Part shown: positions 45,401 to 57,400 of the stretch, one piece after another
Layout of the letters: every line of letters starts with the position of its first letter
How positions within the stretch are numbered: the first letter of the stretch is position 1
Origin: Owenia fusiformis
Taxonomy: Eukaryota
Assembly (NCBI GenBank): GCA_903813345.2
Contig: CAIIXF020000001.1
Location: 5,580,001-5,644,000 of the forward strand
DNA length: 64,000 nt
Reading direction: 5' to 3'
Translations under genes and position numbers: made by a program
Notes under the pieces: model-generated
Databases searched by the model: none
What the model saw: the letters and a program-made list of their open reading frames with translations, nothing else
Told to the model about the DNA's origin: nothing

Positions 45401-48400
45401 TAAGGTTAAATCAATGGATTTGCTGTAATCATTTGCTATGATTTTACAGCTTCAAACAGACAAGAAACAAATCAGTGTAGGATTCATTGGCTACCCAAAT
45501 GTGGGTAAAAGCTCTGTGATCAACACGCTCAGGAAGAAGAAAGTCTGCCTAGTTGCCCCCATAGCAGGACAGACCAAGGTGAGCACAAAGTACATTTTCA
45601 CCTGACCAAATTAAAACTATATCTTCTAAAATGTAATGATTGCAAAAAACTTGAACATGTTATCAATTTCGTACGAGCCTCAAGAATTACGAGTCATTAT
45701 GGGCAGAAAGGAGCACAATCCTCGTACGGAGCTCGTTTACGAGACCCATACACAGGCAAATTACATCGGACCCCATACAAGGCTGTGTGGAGCTCGTTGA
45801 GTCAATGGCTCGAAAATTACAAGCAATTACGAGACTCTTAACGAGGCCTGTACGAGGTTGTACAGGGCCCGTTGACTTTACAAGCTCCGTACGGGCTTGT
45901 ACGGGGTCCGATGTAATTTGCCTGTGTACGTTTTGTTAGATTTTAAACCATATATAGTATCAATGTGTACTTATAACATGTCAATCAAATAGTATCTCTG
46001 CCATGTTAATTTTGTCACAAATTGCAATGTGGCGAGAAATATGGCATAAATAGCCCCATCATATGACATTTTTCTATATCAAGTGCCTGATGTTAAGATT
46101 CCATTAATTATATCATCATCGGAGTGAACTATTGGCATGTGATCACCAAGAAGTACATAAACAAATAAGTGTCCTGCCAAATGTAACAATTGCTTTGTTC
46201 TTGCAACCACATGCTGGCATTTGTCTTGTTGCTTGCAGGTTTGGCAGTACATTACCCTGATGAAACGTATATTCCTCATAGATTGTCCAGGAGTAGTTTA
46301 TCCTGCTGGAGACACAGAGACGGACATTGTGCTTAAAGGCGTTGTAAGTATTACAATCAAGTGGATGATTCGGTTCTCAAAATGTCAGAATATCTTAAGT
46401 GTTATCAATGTGTTGCAGTTTATCAGTTTTCAATAAAAGTTTCACACTTCATTCCATGAATGAACTATTGGCGTGTGTTTTCAAAATTAATCCCACTATT
46501 GGATACATAGTTTATTTGGATGTAACATATAAGCATGCATGTACTAAACAAAACTGGTTAGACTGATTAATATTGAAATTCATGCTCAGGCATAGCATTA
46601 ACAATGTATTTGTGCAGATCATCAGTAATTTCTGCTCCAGGCAAAACTTTTTCCTGCCAAAGCAAATAGCTCCTCATTAAAGACTTTGAAGTAATCTTTC
46701 AACATCTGTATTGTCTCATCTTTGATATGTGGATGTGTCCTGCCCTTTGCTTTCCCCATACAGTTCACATCTGTTTCATTACCTCTTAGAATGCAATAAA
46801 AGGCTTTAGTTGGATGGGGAACAAACTTGTCTTCATTTAAGAAATGTTCAACTCCAATAAATTGTTCTATTTTGTTCAGTTCTACCCATGGTTGCCTTGT
46901 GAAGATGTCAGCATCTACTAAATAAATCAGTTCCCTTGGGAACATAGTGTACCATAAAGCCAGATGCTTCACATATATACTCTTCTGTATAGCTATGTGG
47001 TCTTCATTTATGCTTCCATTGGGGAGGAAGTATGCCTCCTCAATTGATAGATTCTTACCCGTAATCCAAAAATTCTGAGTAAATTCTGATATTAAACGAT
47101 CTACTGGATCTCGTACCATGATAAGAAACTTCACATGGTTGTCCGGGTAGAAGACTTTGAGTCTGTCTCGTGCTGCTTGACTTATGAAACAGCCAGTACA
47201 GCGTTCAAGAATAAGTTGATCATCTCTAACACTTCCATTTCCTTTGATCTTCAGGTGATCTTGGAAACTATTGAGGATATAACGATCATGATGGGAGAAA
47301 TATCCCTGAGATTCCAATTGTACAATTTGAGGATGACTATTTAGAAATTGCATTATGGTCCCGGTTCCACCCTTGAACATGCCAGCTAAGATCACATCTG
47401 CTCGTCTCAAGCCCAACTTCTCATGAAGTCCCTTCTTTATTGACTTCTTGTCCTGCTTTAACTTGCTTTGTAAATCATCATGGTCAGCTGAGAAGTATAT
47501 GTAATGTAGTTTATGAGTTTTGTAGTAGGGATGATCTGTTGATGGAAAGGTGCCATAAATCCTCATTATTTCCTCTGGTGATGCATTTTGATTCTCAGAG
47601 CTCTTAAAAAATTCTTGAACATTTTCCAAGTTTTGATGATCAGTATACCCAGACATATGTCCCATACCATTATGGAGATTATTCATGAGCAATATGACAA
47701 ATAGTACACCCAAAACCAGTAATATAGTCCTTGATATAAAAGTCATATTTTGATTTCTTTACTTCAATGTTTAAGTGTTTTAAGTGTTCTAAGCAGACAG
47801 CACTTCTACTTTCTAGTTGTTGAGTACATGCCAATAATTAACACCATCATTATGATGGCATATCCATACTGGAAAACCAATAATTATTTTGATATCAGGG
47901 GTCTCAATCTCCAACTCTAGGAGATAAATCATTTAATTACACATGTATCAGTCTGGTAAAATCCTTTTCTGTTTGTAAGTAGTATACTTTTGGTTTCAGT
48001 AAAATTGCTTTTGTGTTCCATGATATTCAGTCTCTTATTTATGGAACTATTTCATAATAGCTTTTTGATAAGTAATTTTTCAAATCATTCTTGTTCTTGA
48101 TAGAACTTGTTAATCATTGTAGTTCACACGTTCTTGTTTAAAACTAAAAACAATTTTAATACACAGGTGTGCATATACATTTAAAATTGTAGGAATCATT
48201 TACACAAACAATTAAGTTAGTCTATATTTGACATTTGAAATAATGGTTTATTGGTTTAAGCCAGGTATTTCATCTTCAGTGCTTTGTTTCACAGACATAA
48301 TATCAAATTAACCACACACAGCACATTAGAGTAAAGCAATTCAAGGTTCATTATATTTTCAACATCACTCACTCCTAAAATTAAGGAAATAAACAGTTTT

Positions 48401-51400
48401 TAGGTGTATGTGTCCGGATGTATTTGTAATGAATCCAAGTCACTGGTCAGTATCAAGCAAAAGTAACAGACGTTACCTTCACATTTAAGATGGTGGAAGG
48501 AAAGTTTCAATTTCGATATTTTTAATTTTCATTGAATTAAACTACTTTATAGTTGAAATTATGCTTTGATATTTGAACTATATTAGGCTTATATGACGTT
48601 GGAACTCTGGAGTATGATCATTTGTTCATATACCATGCGTAGGCACCACAGTTCAACAATATCTTCTACTGCTTAAGGGAAGGCAACTAGGGTTTTGGTA
48701 ATGATATGTGGTGATGCGGTAACGTTATTAGAGTTTATAATGGAGAGTAGTATACGACGGGCCTTTTGACCTGCAACCAGTACTGGTCACTGCTCCACTT
48801 TAACGTTTCGCTTCCACCAGAAGTAACGTCATGTCACGTGGTTAAATGGTGCCTGGAAGTGACATCATAGGTCACATGGGTAAATGGTGCACTGGAAGTT
48901 GGAAGTAGCATCATAGGTCACGTGGTTAAATGGTGCACCGGGAGTGACGTCATAGGTCACTTGGGTGAACTGCTTCTGGTGCACCATTTACCCATGTGAC
49001 CTATAACCTTACTTCCTGTGCAACATTTACCCCTGTGACATATGACGTCACTTCCCGTGTACCGTTTAACCACATGACCTATGACGTTACTTCCGGTGGA
49101 AGTGGAACGTGGAAGTGGAACAGTGACCGGTACTGGTTGCAGGTCAAAAGGCCAGTCGTATACTACTATGAGAGCTAAGATGTCCAGTTCTAAATGTACC
49201 ACATCATCTTGAAAACCAACATAACTGTTACCGTATGATACATTTCCAGTTACCTTCCCTTAAGTGATGGGAGATTCCATGTTGTATGAGCCTGATTTGG
49301 TTCAAATATCAAAGTATTATGTCAACTGTAAAATAGCTTCCATCCGCCATCTCAAATGTGAAGATAAATGCCGTTACCTTTGTTTGATTCTGACCAGTGC
49401 AAATGACAATTTGAAACTGAATTGTGATCTAAGATATTATTATATGGAAGGATTTTGAGTTCTTCCAGGCCTCAAAACTATCATATATTTTTTATTTAAA
49501 TGTGTTTGTACGTTAAATATAGGATTAACTGAATTGAGTTGTTTGATTTGAATCAGAGTGAATGAATGAAAGGTTAAAATGTATATGTCAAGGTTATAGG
49601 AGTTATCGCTTAGATGATATCAAACAGTTTTGGTATTTAACTAAAACCAATAGTTGAACAAAATATTTTATTGATGATTTGATGAATACTGAGTAGTCAT
49701 ATGTACTCTAGAAACTACTTAATATTTATATCTGTGGATTCCTCTTTTACTAGTCTTAAAGTTATGTAGTTACAGCTTTCGAATGTCATTGCGTCCTTCA
49801 TCAGTAACATTCTGTTTGATTTCCCGCCAACCCAGCTGTCCTTGAACTTGAACCTAACCTGTTCAAGTGTGAAAGTCTTCCTGTTATCTGATTGGTCGTT
49901 GAATTTGTTTATCATAAACCTGATTGGCTGCCTGGTTCAAGGCGCTTGTGGGCGCTTGTGTGACTCAATGGGGATTCCCCTCGCTAGCCGAGGAATCGAT
50001 TGTGTTTAATTCTGGAGTTTGGTTGTTCTGTTGATTATTTCCGATATTTCGGCAAAAATATACCCAAAAGTTATTCTCAAGATATATTCATGGTATGTGA
50101 GATATTATATGAGCAATAACAATAGGACATCATTGATTGTCTGGGGGAGAAACCTATGGCATAATGCATCTTTAACGTTTTTACTTTAAGTCAAAAAGTA
50201 ATAGAGCGATTTTGTTCATATGTGTTTGGCATTTGGTGGTTGGCGGTTAGTAGTTGGCGGTTGGCGTCTGTAACAAATTCTTACAACTTCCAATAACTTA
50301 ACAAATACTCTTTAGCCTGACTTCAATTTTTTTTCAAAATCATCTACATGTTTTCAGAAGTTCAAATCTGACTATATATTTAAGATTTGACCCTCAATGA
50401 CCTTTTAAAGGTCAAAAAGGTCTTTTTTCAAGTTGCTTCAAATTGGCCAATTTTTTTTCAAAATCATCTACATGTTCTCAACAGTTCAAATCTATCTATA
50501 GATTTGACCTTCAATGACATTCTCAAGGTCCAAAAAGATTTGACCTTCAATGACATTCTCAAGGTCAAAAAGGTCTTTTTTCATCTTGCTTCAAATTGAC
50601 CAATTTCTTTTCAAAATCATCAACAAGTTCTCTCAGAAGTTCAAATCTGACTTTAGATTTGAGATTTGACCTTCAATGGGGTCAAAAAAGGTCTTTTTTC
50701 TACTTGCTTCAAATTGACCAATTTATTTTTTCAAAATCATCTACAAGTTCTCAGAAATTCAAATCCTCCTTAATCCTCCTTATGCCATTCAAGTTTCAGA
50801 CAGATTCAGCCAATACTTTTTGAGAAGTCAAGAAAGGACGAGTGGCTTTAAGACCCTATTTAAGCTCCCAAGATATTTAGAAAAAATTGTACAGGATATC
50901 AAAGAAAAGACTTTGTTTGATAACCAGATCCAAAAATTAGGTCATTCTGACATTTATGTTTCAAAATATAGGTCATTCTATTAACGTGTATAAAATGACA
51001 TTTTCAAGGAAAAATCACCTTTTTCACATTATTATTGTCAATGTTTCTATTTATTATCAAAGTAATCATTATTTGCAGTCATTTAAGACTTATTTATCCT
51101 GTTGCTATTATCTTACATAATAGTGACAAAGCATATTGGGCAACAGTCGAAAACATATAAAATATAACAAGTCAAAAATACAAACAAAATATTGAATAGT
51201 GATCTTCTTTATACTTCATTTAGAACAATTGTCTACAAAAAAAGTTTGCGAAACTATGTCAGAAAAGAATATTGAGTTTTTTAAATTTACATCACAATGA
51301 GAAAGAACAAGGGGCAACATTTAAAAACACATGAAGTAATTAACAAGTCAAAAATACATATCAATCAATTATATATTGATCTGCTTCCTTGAGATCATTT

Positions 51401-54400
51401 GCACATATGCAGTTTGTGGCAGTAAAACACTGAATTTATTATTTCACATCACAGTGAGGAAGCACAAAGAGCAACATTTGAAAACACATGGACTTTACAT
51501 AACTGTACAGCACATTCATGTGTTTGTTCATTATAACAAGAGATTCTCTGAGCTATCATCATCTTCTTCAGATGACAACATTTCATACATATCTTTTGAT
51601 TTTAAAATGTCAAACTTCGTGCATTTCTTTTTGCTTTTATACCCCTTGTGCCTACAACCCTACTCCCAACTGGGCATGTACAACACCATCCAGTAATTGC
51701 ATCAATACTATTACATACATCTGGACCTGGGTTATACTCCACCTATGTATGATGAGATTTAGAGGACACAAACCGATTACTGGAGTTTTACACAAATTAG
51801 GCCAAATGTATCTTTTTTAACAATGATGGTATATTTCCCATCTACTTGAAGATGGTCATCTGTGCATCGTTTAAATTTGTTGGCTTGATCTCAAGAGAGT
51901 CTACTATGATTTAGATGTAACCCTCTTGTCTCCATACAGGGGGTACTGGGAGATTGCAGTTCACTCATGCAGTTCCTTTTAATTGCTTTGGGCATTTTAT
52001 TAGCAAATGTCGTTTTTCCGCCTACTGATTGTGACTTAAAGGTACAACAAGTAGTGCAGAGGGGCCATTCAACGATCATGGACCAGTGTCAAAATATATT
52101 TAAGTTTGGATATTTCATCAAGACTAACATCTATTTTTATTTTCTACAAAGAAACCCCCGTGATAATCATTATTTCAGCTTATATTCCTCTTGAAACATG
52201 GTGGATCTTAAAAATATAAAAGTGGACGTCCCCTTTTTGAAGCTTTGAACTGAATTTACACTTTTTAATGCCGAAATTGATAGTTTATCCATACATTTTA
52301 AGAAAATAGGTATGTCGAAGAAGATGTTTAGCCAACTGTTGCCTTGATAGCTCAGAAAAAGTAAAAAATTTCCCATTTTCTCTCTACAAGCCTTATTGCC
52401 CCTTTAAAGTATATTTCTTCTGTACAACAAAGTTGAGCTGGATTTCTAAATATGAACATTGGTATGATCAGCCAGTGAACTGTGATAATATAAAAGAATT
52501 ATTCATACGCAAAACATCAAGATAAAATGATTGTACAACAATCATCTCATATGAATGTATTGAAAGGGATTGCTTGTTATTATGTTGCTTAGAGCCATGG
52601 TAAAGATATATGCTTCTCAAGAGGTCATGCTCCAGTGCAAGCATACATATTAGTTCATGAAAAGATCATATGAATAAAGAAAATATACTCAAATATATAA
52701 AAAACAACGGTTATAATCATTCTAAGGATTTTCAAAATGGCTGACATCATTTTATTACATGCTGAAAATTGCAGAAAAGTTCCATTTTTGCACAACGCTT
52801 GTTCCTTACCTAGATTTTTACATATATCAAGAAGAACCTTAGAAGTACACTATTCCCTCAATACATATAACTTTCTAGGTAAGAACCAAGCATTATATGA
52901 ACAAAGCAAGAGTTTATCATGACCTTCCTCTATCTAAAAGAAAGTAGGTCAACACAATTGCAAACATAACTAATCCCTACTCAATGACTATTGAAATATG
53001 ACTATTTAATATATGTACAAAATATTAATCCAATGAGTGTATAGAGTGACACAATCAAACAATGGGACATCTGCCAAGTTTGGTTTTTATTATTAGCTCA
53101 CATGGTGAGCTATTGCAATCGCTCACTTGTCCGTCTGTCTGTCCGTCCGTCCGTCCGTCTGTCCGTCCGTCCGTCAACAATAGTGGCACGTTTTAAAACC
53201 TCTGTCGATAGGATTCCTGTTTTAAGTTATTTCTGTTCAACATCAATACAGAAAACCCCCCTATGACTCCTGGTTCAAAAGCTCGCCTATTTTCAAAATG
53301 GCCGTCACTTTTGTCTCGCGAAATTCACTTTTAGCCCATTTCCTAGCTAACCTCTGTCGATAGGATTCCTGTTTTAAGTTATTTCTGTTCAACATCAATA
53401 CAGAAAACCCCCCTATGACTCCTGGTTCAAAAGCTCGCCTATTTTCAAAATGGTTGCCATTCTTGTTTCGCGAAATTCACTTTTTGCCCATTTCCTAGCT
53501 TTACAAATAATTTCAGCTGTCCTGCATTGTAAAAAGCCATGTCACTGTAAAAGGTAGTTGTATGAAATAATTTTGTTACAAAAAATCAGCAAAATATTAT
53601 ATCAGTTTTTTTTATTTTCAGCCATTTTAGTTAACATTGATTTGTCCATCTGTCTCGCGAAATCCTCTTTTGGACCATTTGCTTAAAACCTCTGTCGATA
53701 GGATTCCAGTTTCAAGTTATTTTTGTTCAACATCAATACAAAAAACTCCCCTATGACTCCTGGTTCAAAAGCTTGCCTGATTTCAAAATGGTCGCCATTT
53801 TTGTCTCGCGAAATTCAATTTTGGCCCATTTCCTAGCTTTACAAATAATTTCAGGTGTCTTGCATTGCAAAAAGCCATGTCACTGTAAAGAGTAGTTGTA
53901 TGAAATAATTTTGTTACAAATTATTGGCAAAAAATTATATCCGTTTTTTTTTCAGCCATTTTAATTGACTGAGAGACGGATGGCTTGAAATAATTTTGTA
54001 ACAAAAAATCAGCAAAAAATGTGACCATGTGAGCCCAGTACCCATGGTACTAATTTTTTACATTCTGGAGACATTTTCTGAGACTGATAAAAATTCACAT
54101 TTTCACAGGAAGTGATACATACCTCCCAAATCAACCAAAATATACTTATATCAGTAATCTTGAATGCTTTTTATTGCTATTTCTTGAAAATATACATATT
54201 TATCTACAATTTGATCCTACATATCTAGGATATTAACGACATTGCATTTTTCAAAAAATGTTAAGTGACTCCAGGGGTGTCTATAGCCATTCGTTCTTTA
54301 AAGTGACTATTGCAAGTTTGAACGATGGAAGCCTTTTGGCAGTCTAATTAGTGTCTACATGTATAGTTTTTTTTCAGTGGCCTGGGGAAGCCACTTTAGA

Positions 54401-57400
54401 TAATGCCAAAGGGTGAAGATCAAAAATGAAATAAATGACACATTCAAAAAACAATTTGATATTTCACTGATAAAATGGTAACCTCTGATAACTGATGACG
54501 ATAACACTCTGAGTTACACATGTTGTAAGTGTGCACATGCTAATATCCAACACTAGTTCAACAGTTCATTTTCCAATTTTAACAAATGTTCGTTAGTGAA
54601 GCTCTCTGTAACTATTATACCAGTTCACCAGTTCACCAGTTTTGTCCAATAAACCAGAGGCTTGTTATGTCACCACTGAAAGTTGTGACATATTAATGTT
54701 ATGGTTTCCAACTCTTTTGTGACGGTGTTAGTCATCTGTAACAAATGGCAGGTGGCGACATTTTTATGTTTAAAATGCCATGTTGTAAATGGTTGTTTGT
54801 ATGGTTTATGCTTTTTTTGTAGGTGAGAGTGGAGAATCTCAAGATGCCAGAGGAGCACATTGCTGAGGTCCTGGCACGTGTCAAGCCAGAATATGTCTTA
54901 AAAACATATGGCATTACAGGATGGAAGGACTCCGATGAATTCTTAGAACAGATTGCTAATAAAACAGGCAAACTGTTGAAAGTATGTATTCTTCAATATT
55001 TTTAATGGTTATGTCAATATGGACATAATAAGGTTCTTTATTTTAATGCATGTCAAAATAAGGGTTCCCTTTATCACATTCTTGGTGCTTTTAAAACCCA
55101 CTCCCCGATTCAACCTCATTTGGATTTGTGCGTTTCCTCCATTTTTCTGTTTTTCGGGTGCACAGATGTTTCCAAGGGTAATAGAAATTCCAACTGTGAC
55201 GTTAACGGGCTTCAGCTCAAAAGTATATTCCCGTTTCTTACATTTGAGGGAATATAAATTTTGAAGGGAAAAAGTAGTTCTATTTTATGACACGTGACTA
55301 TGTATTGGCCAATCAGGATTAAGTACAACTATTATACAATGTGTCTGTGAAATGAAGTTACTAATAGTGTGTAAAGTAGATAAGATGTTGTTGAATGTTG
55401 TTTATCATATCTTGTATTCCAGGGAGGACAGCCAGACCTAAACACTGTGGCGAAGATGGTGCTGAATGATTGGCAGAGAGGCAAGATTCCGTACTATGTC
55501 AGACCCCCAGATTCTGAAGTAAGTGAATGAAATTACATCTTCCCGTCATATTAAATTACCTGTAGACTATTGCCTTGGGACATCACCTCAGCCACAAGTA
55601 ATTTCAACTCTATTTAGTATTGACATTAATCCAGGGATATAGCCTTTAGCATTTGAATGCTCTATTCGAATGCATTCCAAGATAAACTAGTACGTCTCCT
55701 GGATCATGGTGCATATACCCACAATCAACTTTTTGAGCATACTGACATCAAAAGGAACAATTATCATTCAATTGGAAAATCTGGTTTAATAGCCTTTGTT
55801 GTGTGTCTCACTCTTCTGGATGTACTGTGTACACTTGTTTTGTTTCTGGGTCTCTAAAGTAGAGCCATGATTCGTCAGAAGGGATTTTTCACTTTTGGAA
55901 CACTTCTCCCTCAATGCCATATTGCTTGAGAAAGTCCTGCTCAACTTCGACAGGTTTATGCTTTTGCTCTTTGGTGAAAAGCTTAGGGATCCAGTTGTAC
56001 ACACCCTTTTCATATTCAGGTAGAATATTTCAATACACTGTATTGTAGAGTAGGACACATCTGTAAATAAGGGTTATATACTGGGAGGTTTTGGATATGG
56101 GGTTTATCCAGAGGGAGATATGCATATCTACCTGAGGGACCGTAGGGACCGAAGGTAGATGTGCATATCTCACGAGGGATGAACCCCATATCCAAACCGA
56201 CCGTACATAACTGCTTTATCCTATACCAAGTAGAGTTTTCTAATTTTCTTTCAATTTTTTTTCAATATTCTTTATTTTTTAAATGTTTTCACATTTTTCT
56301 AATTTTTTAAATTTTTTCTATTTTTTTCTCTTTTTTCAATTTTTTATTTTTTTCAAATTTTTTTCACATTTTTCTTTTTTTTCAATTTTTTCTTATTTTT
56401 AAAATTTTTTTTTCGAAGCGGGCAGATATGCCCTGGAGCGGGAGATATGGCGGGAGATATGGAGGTTCAGGATATGGAAACCTCAAAATCAGGATACGGG
56501 ATATATCTTGCCAACTTATCTCCCTAAAACTCTACTTGGCATAGGATAATGGCACTTATTTCTCTCAGTGTCAATCTCCTGTCTATATTTTAAAAATTTT
56601 AGAAAATATATATTCTACCTGTTATTTCATACCAATATATTTTATTAAAATATTTTTTCACATTCACAATACACATTTTGAAGGATAACAGAATTGATGT
56701 ATTTTCCAAACCAAATTCATCTCTATTCTAAAAAATCCATTGGTTTTAAATCACCACTGTATTACTCCACATTAACAGACATTAAACTTTCTTGCAGGAA
56801 ACCAAAGAGGAGAGAGAAGAACGTGAGGGAAAATTACAGAAAAAAGCAGATGGTAAAACAGATAACAAAGCTAACCAATCAAAAGATTCAAAAAAGAACA
56901 AACCCTCACAGATTCAACAGGATTTTAATCGAATCAGAGTTGAGCCGAAATATGAAGGAGAAGATGCCAGAAAAGCAGATCAGGTCAAAGTTAAAGCTAC
57001 AGATAAAAGTTTTGAAGTAGAACATGAAGATATTGATGAGGATGAAGATGATGCTAGTGATTATGAAGCCAGTGATGATGACACTGAAGATCAGGATATT
57101 GAAGTGAATCGAAGTGATGAAAATAGTGATGAAGATAATGAATTAACAGCAAAGGATGAACTTGATTACATTGAAAATGATGAGGTAAATGAGGAAGATA
57201 GTCATGGCAGTGATGATTCTGATGATGAACTTGAAGAAATGTTGGATTCGCTTGTTGATAGTAAAACAGAACATTTAAATGTGACTGTAGAAACTGTTGA
57301 TTTAGTTTCCCCTAAGGGTAAGAAAAGCAAACCTAAAGTACTTACCCCTTTCAAACAGCCTGATGCTACCATATCTGAGAGTAAGGATGGGTCATTCCAC

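Noticed and set aside
54489-54518. Box C/D-like taacTGATGA...CTGAgtta in GNL2 intron 10
   Set aside because: Only 10 nt lie between the boxes, far too short for a snoRNA, and there is no recognisable rRNA guide
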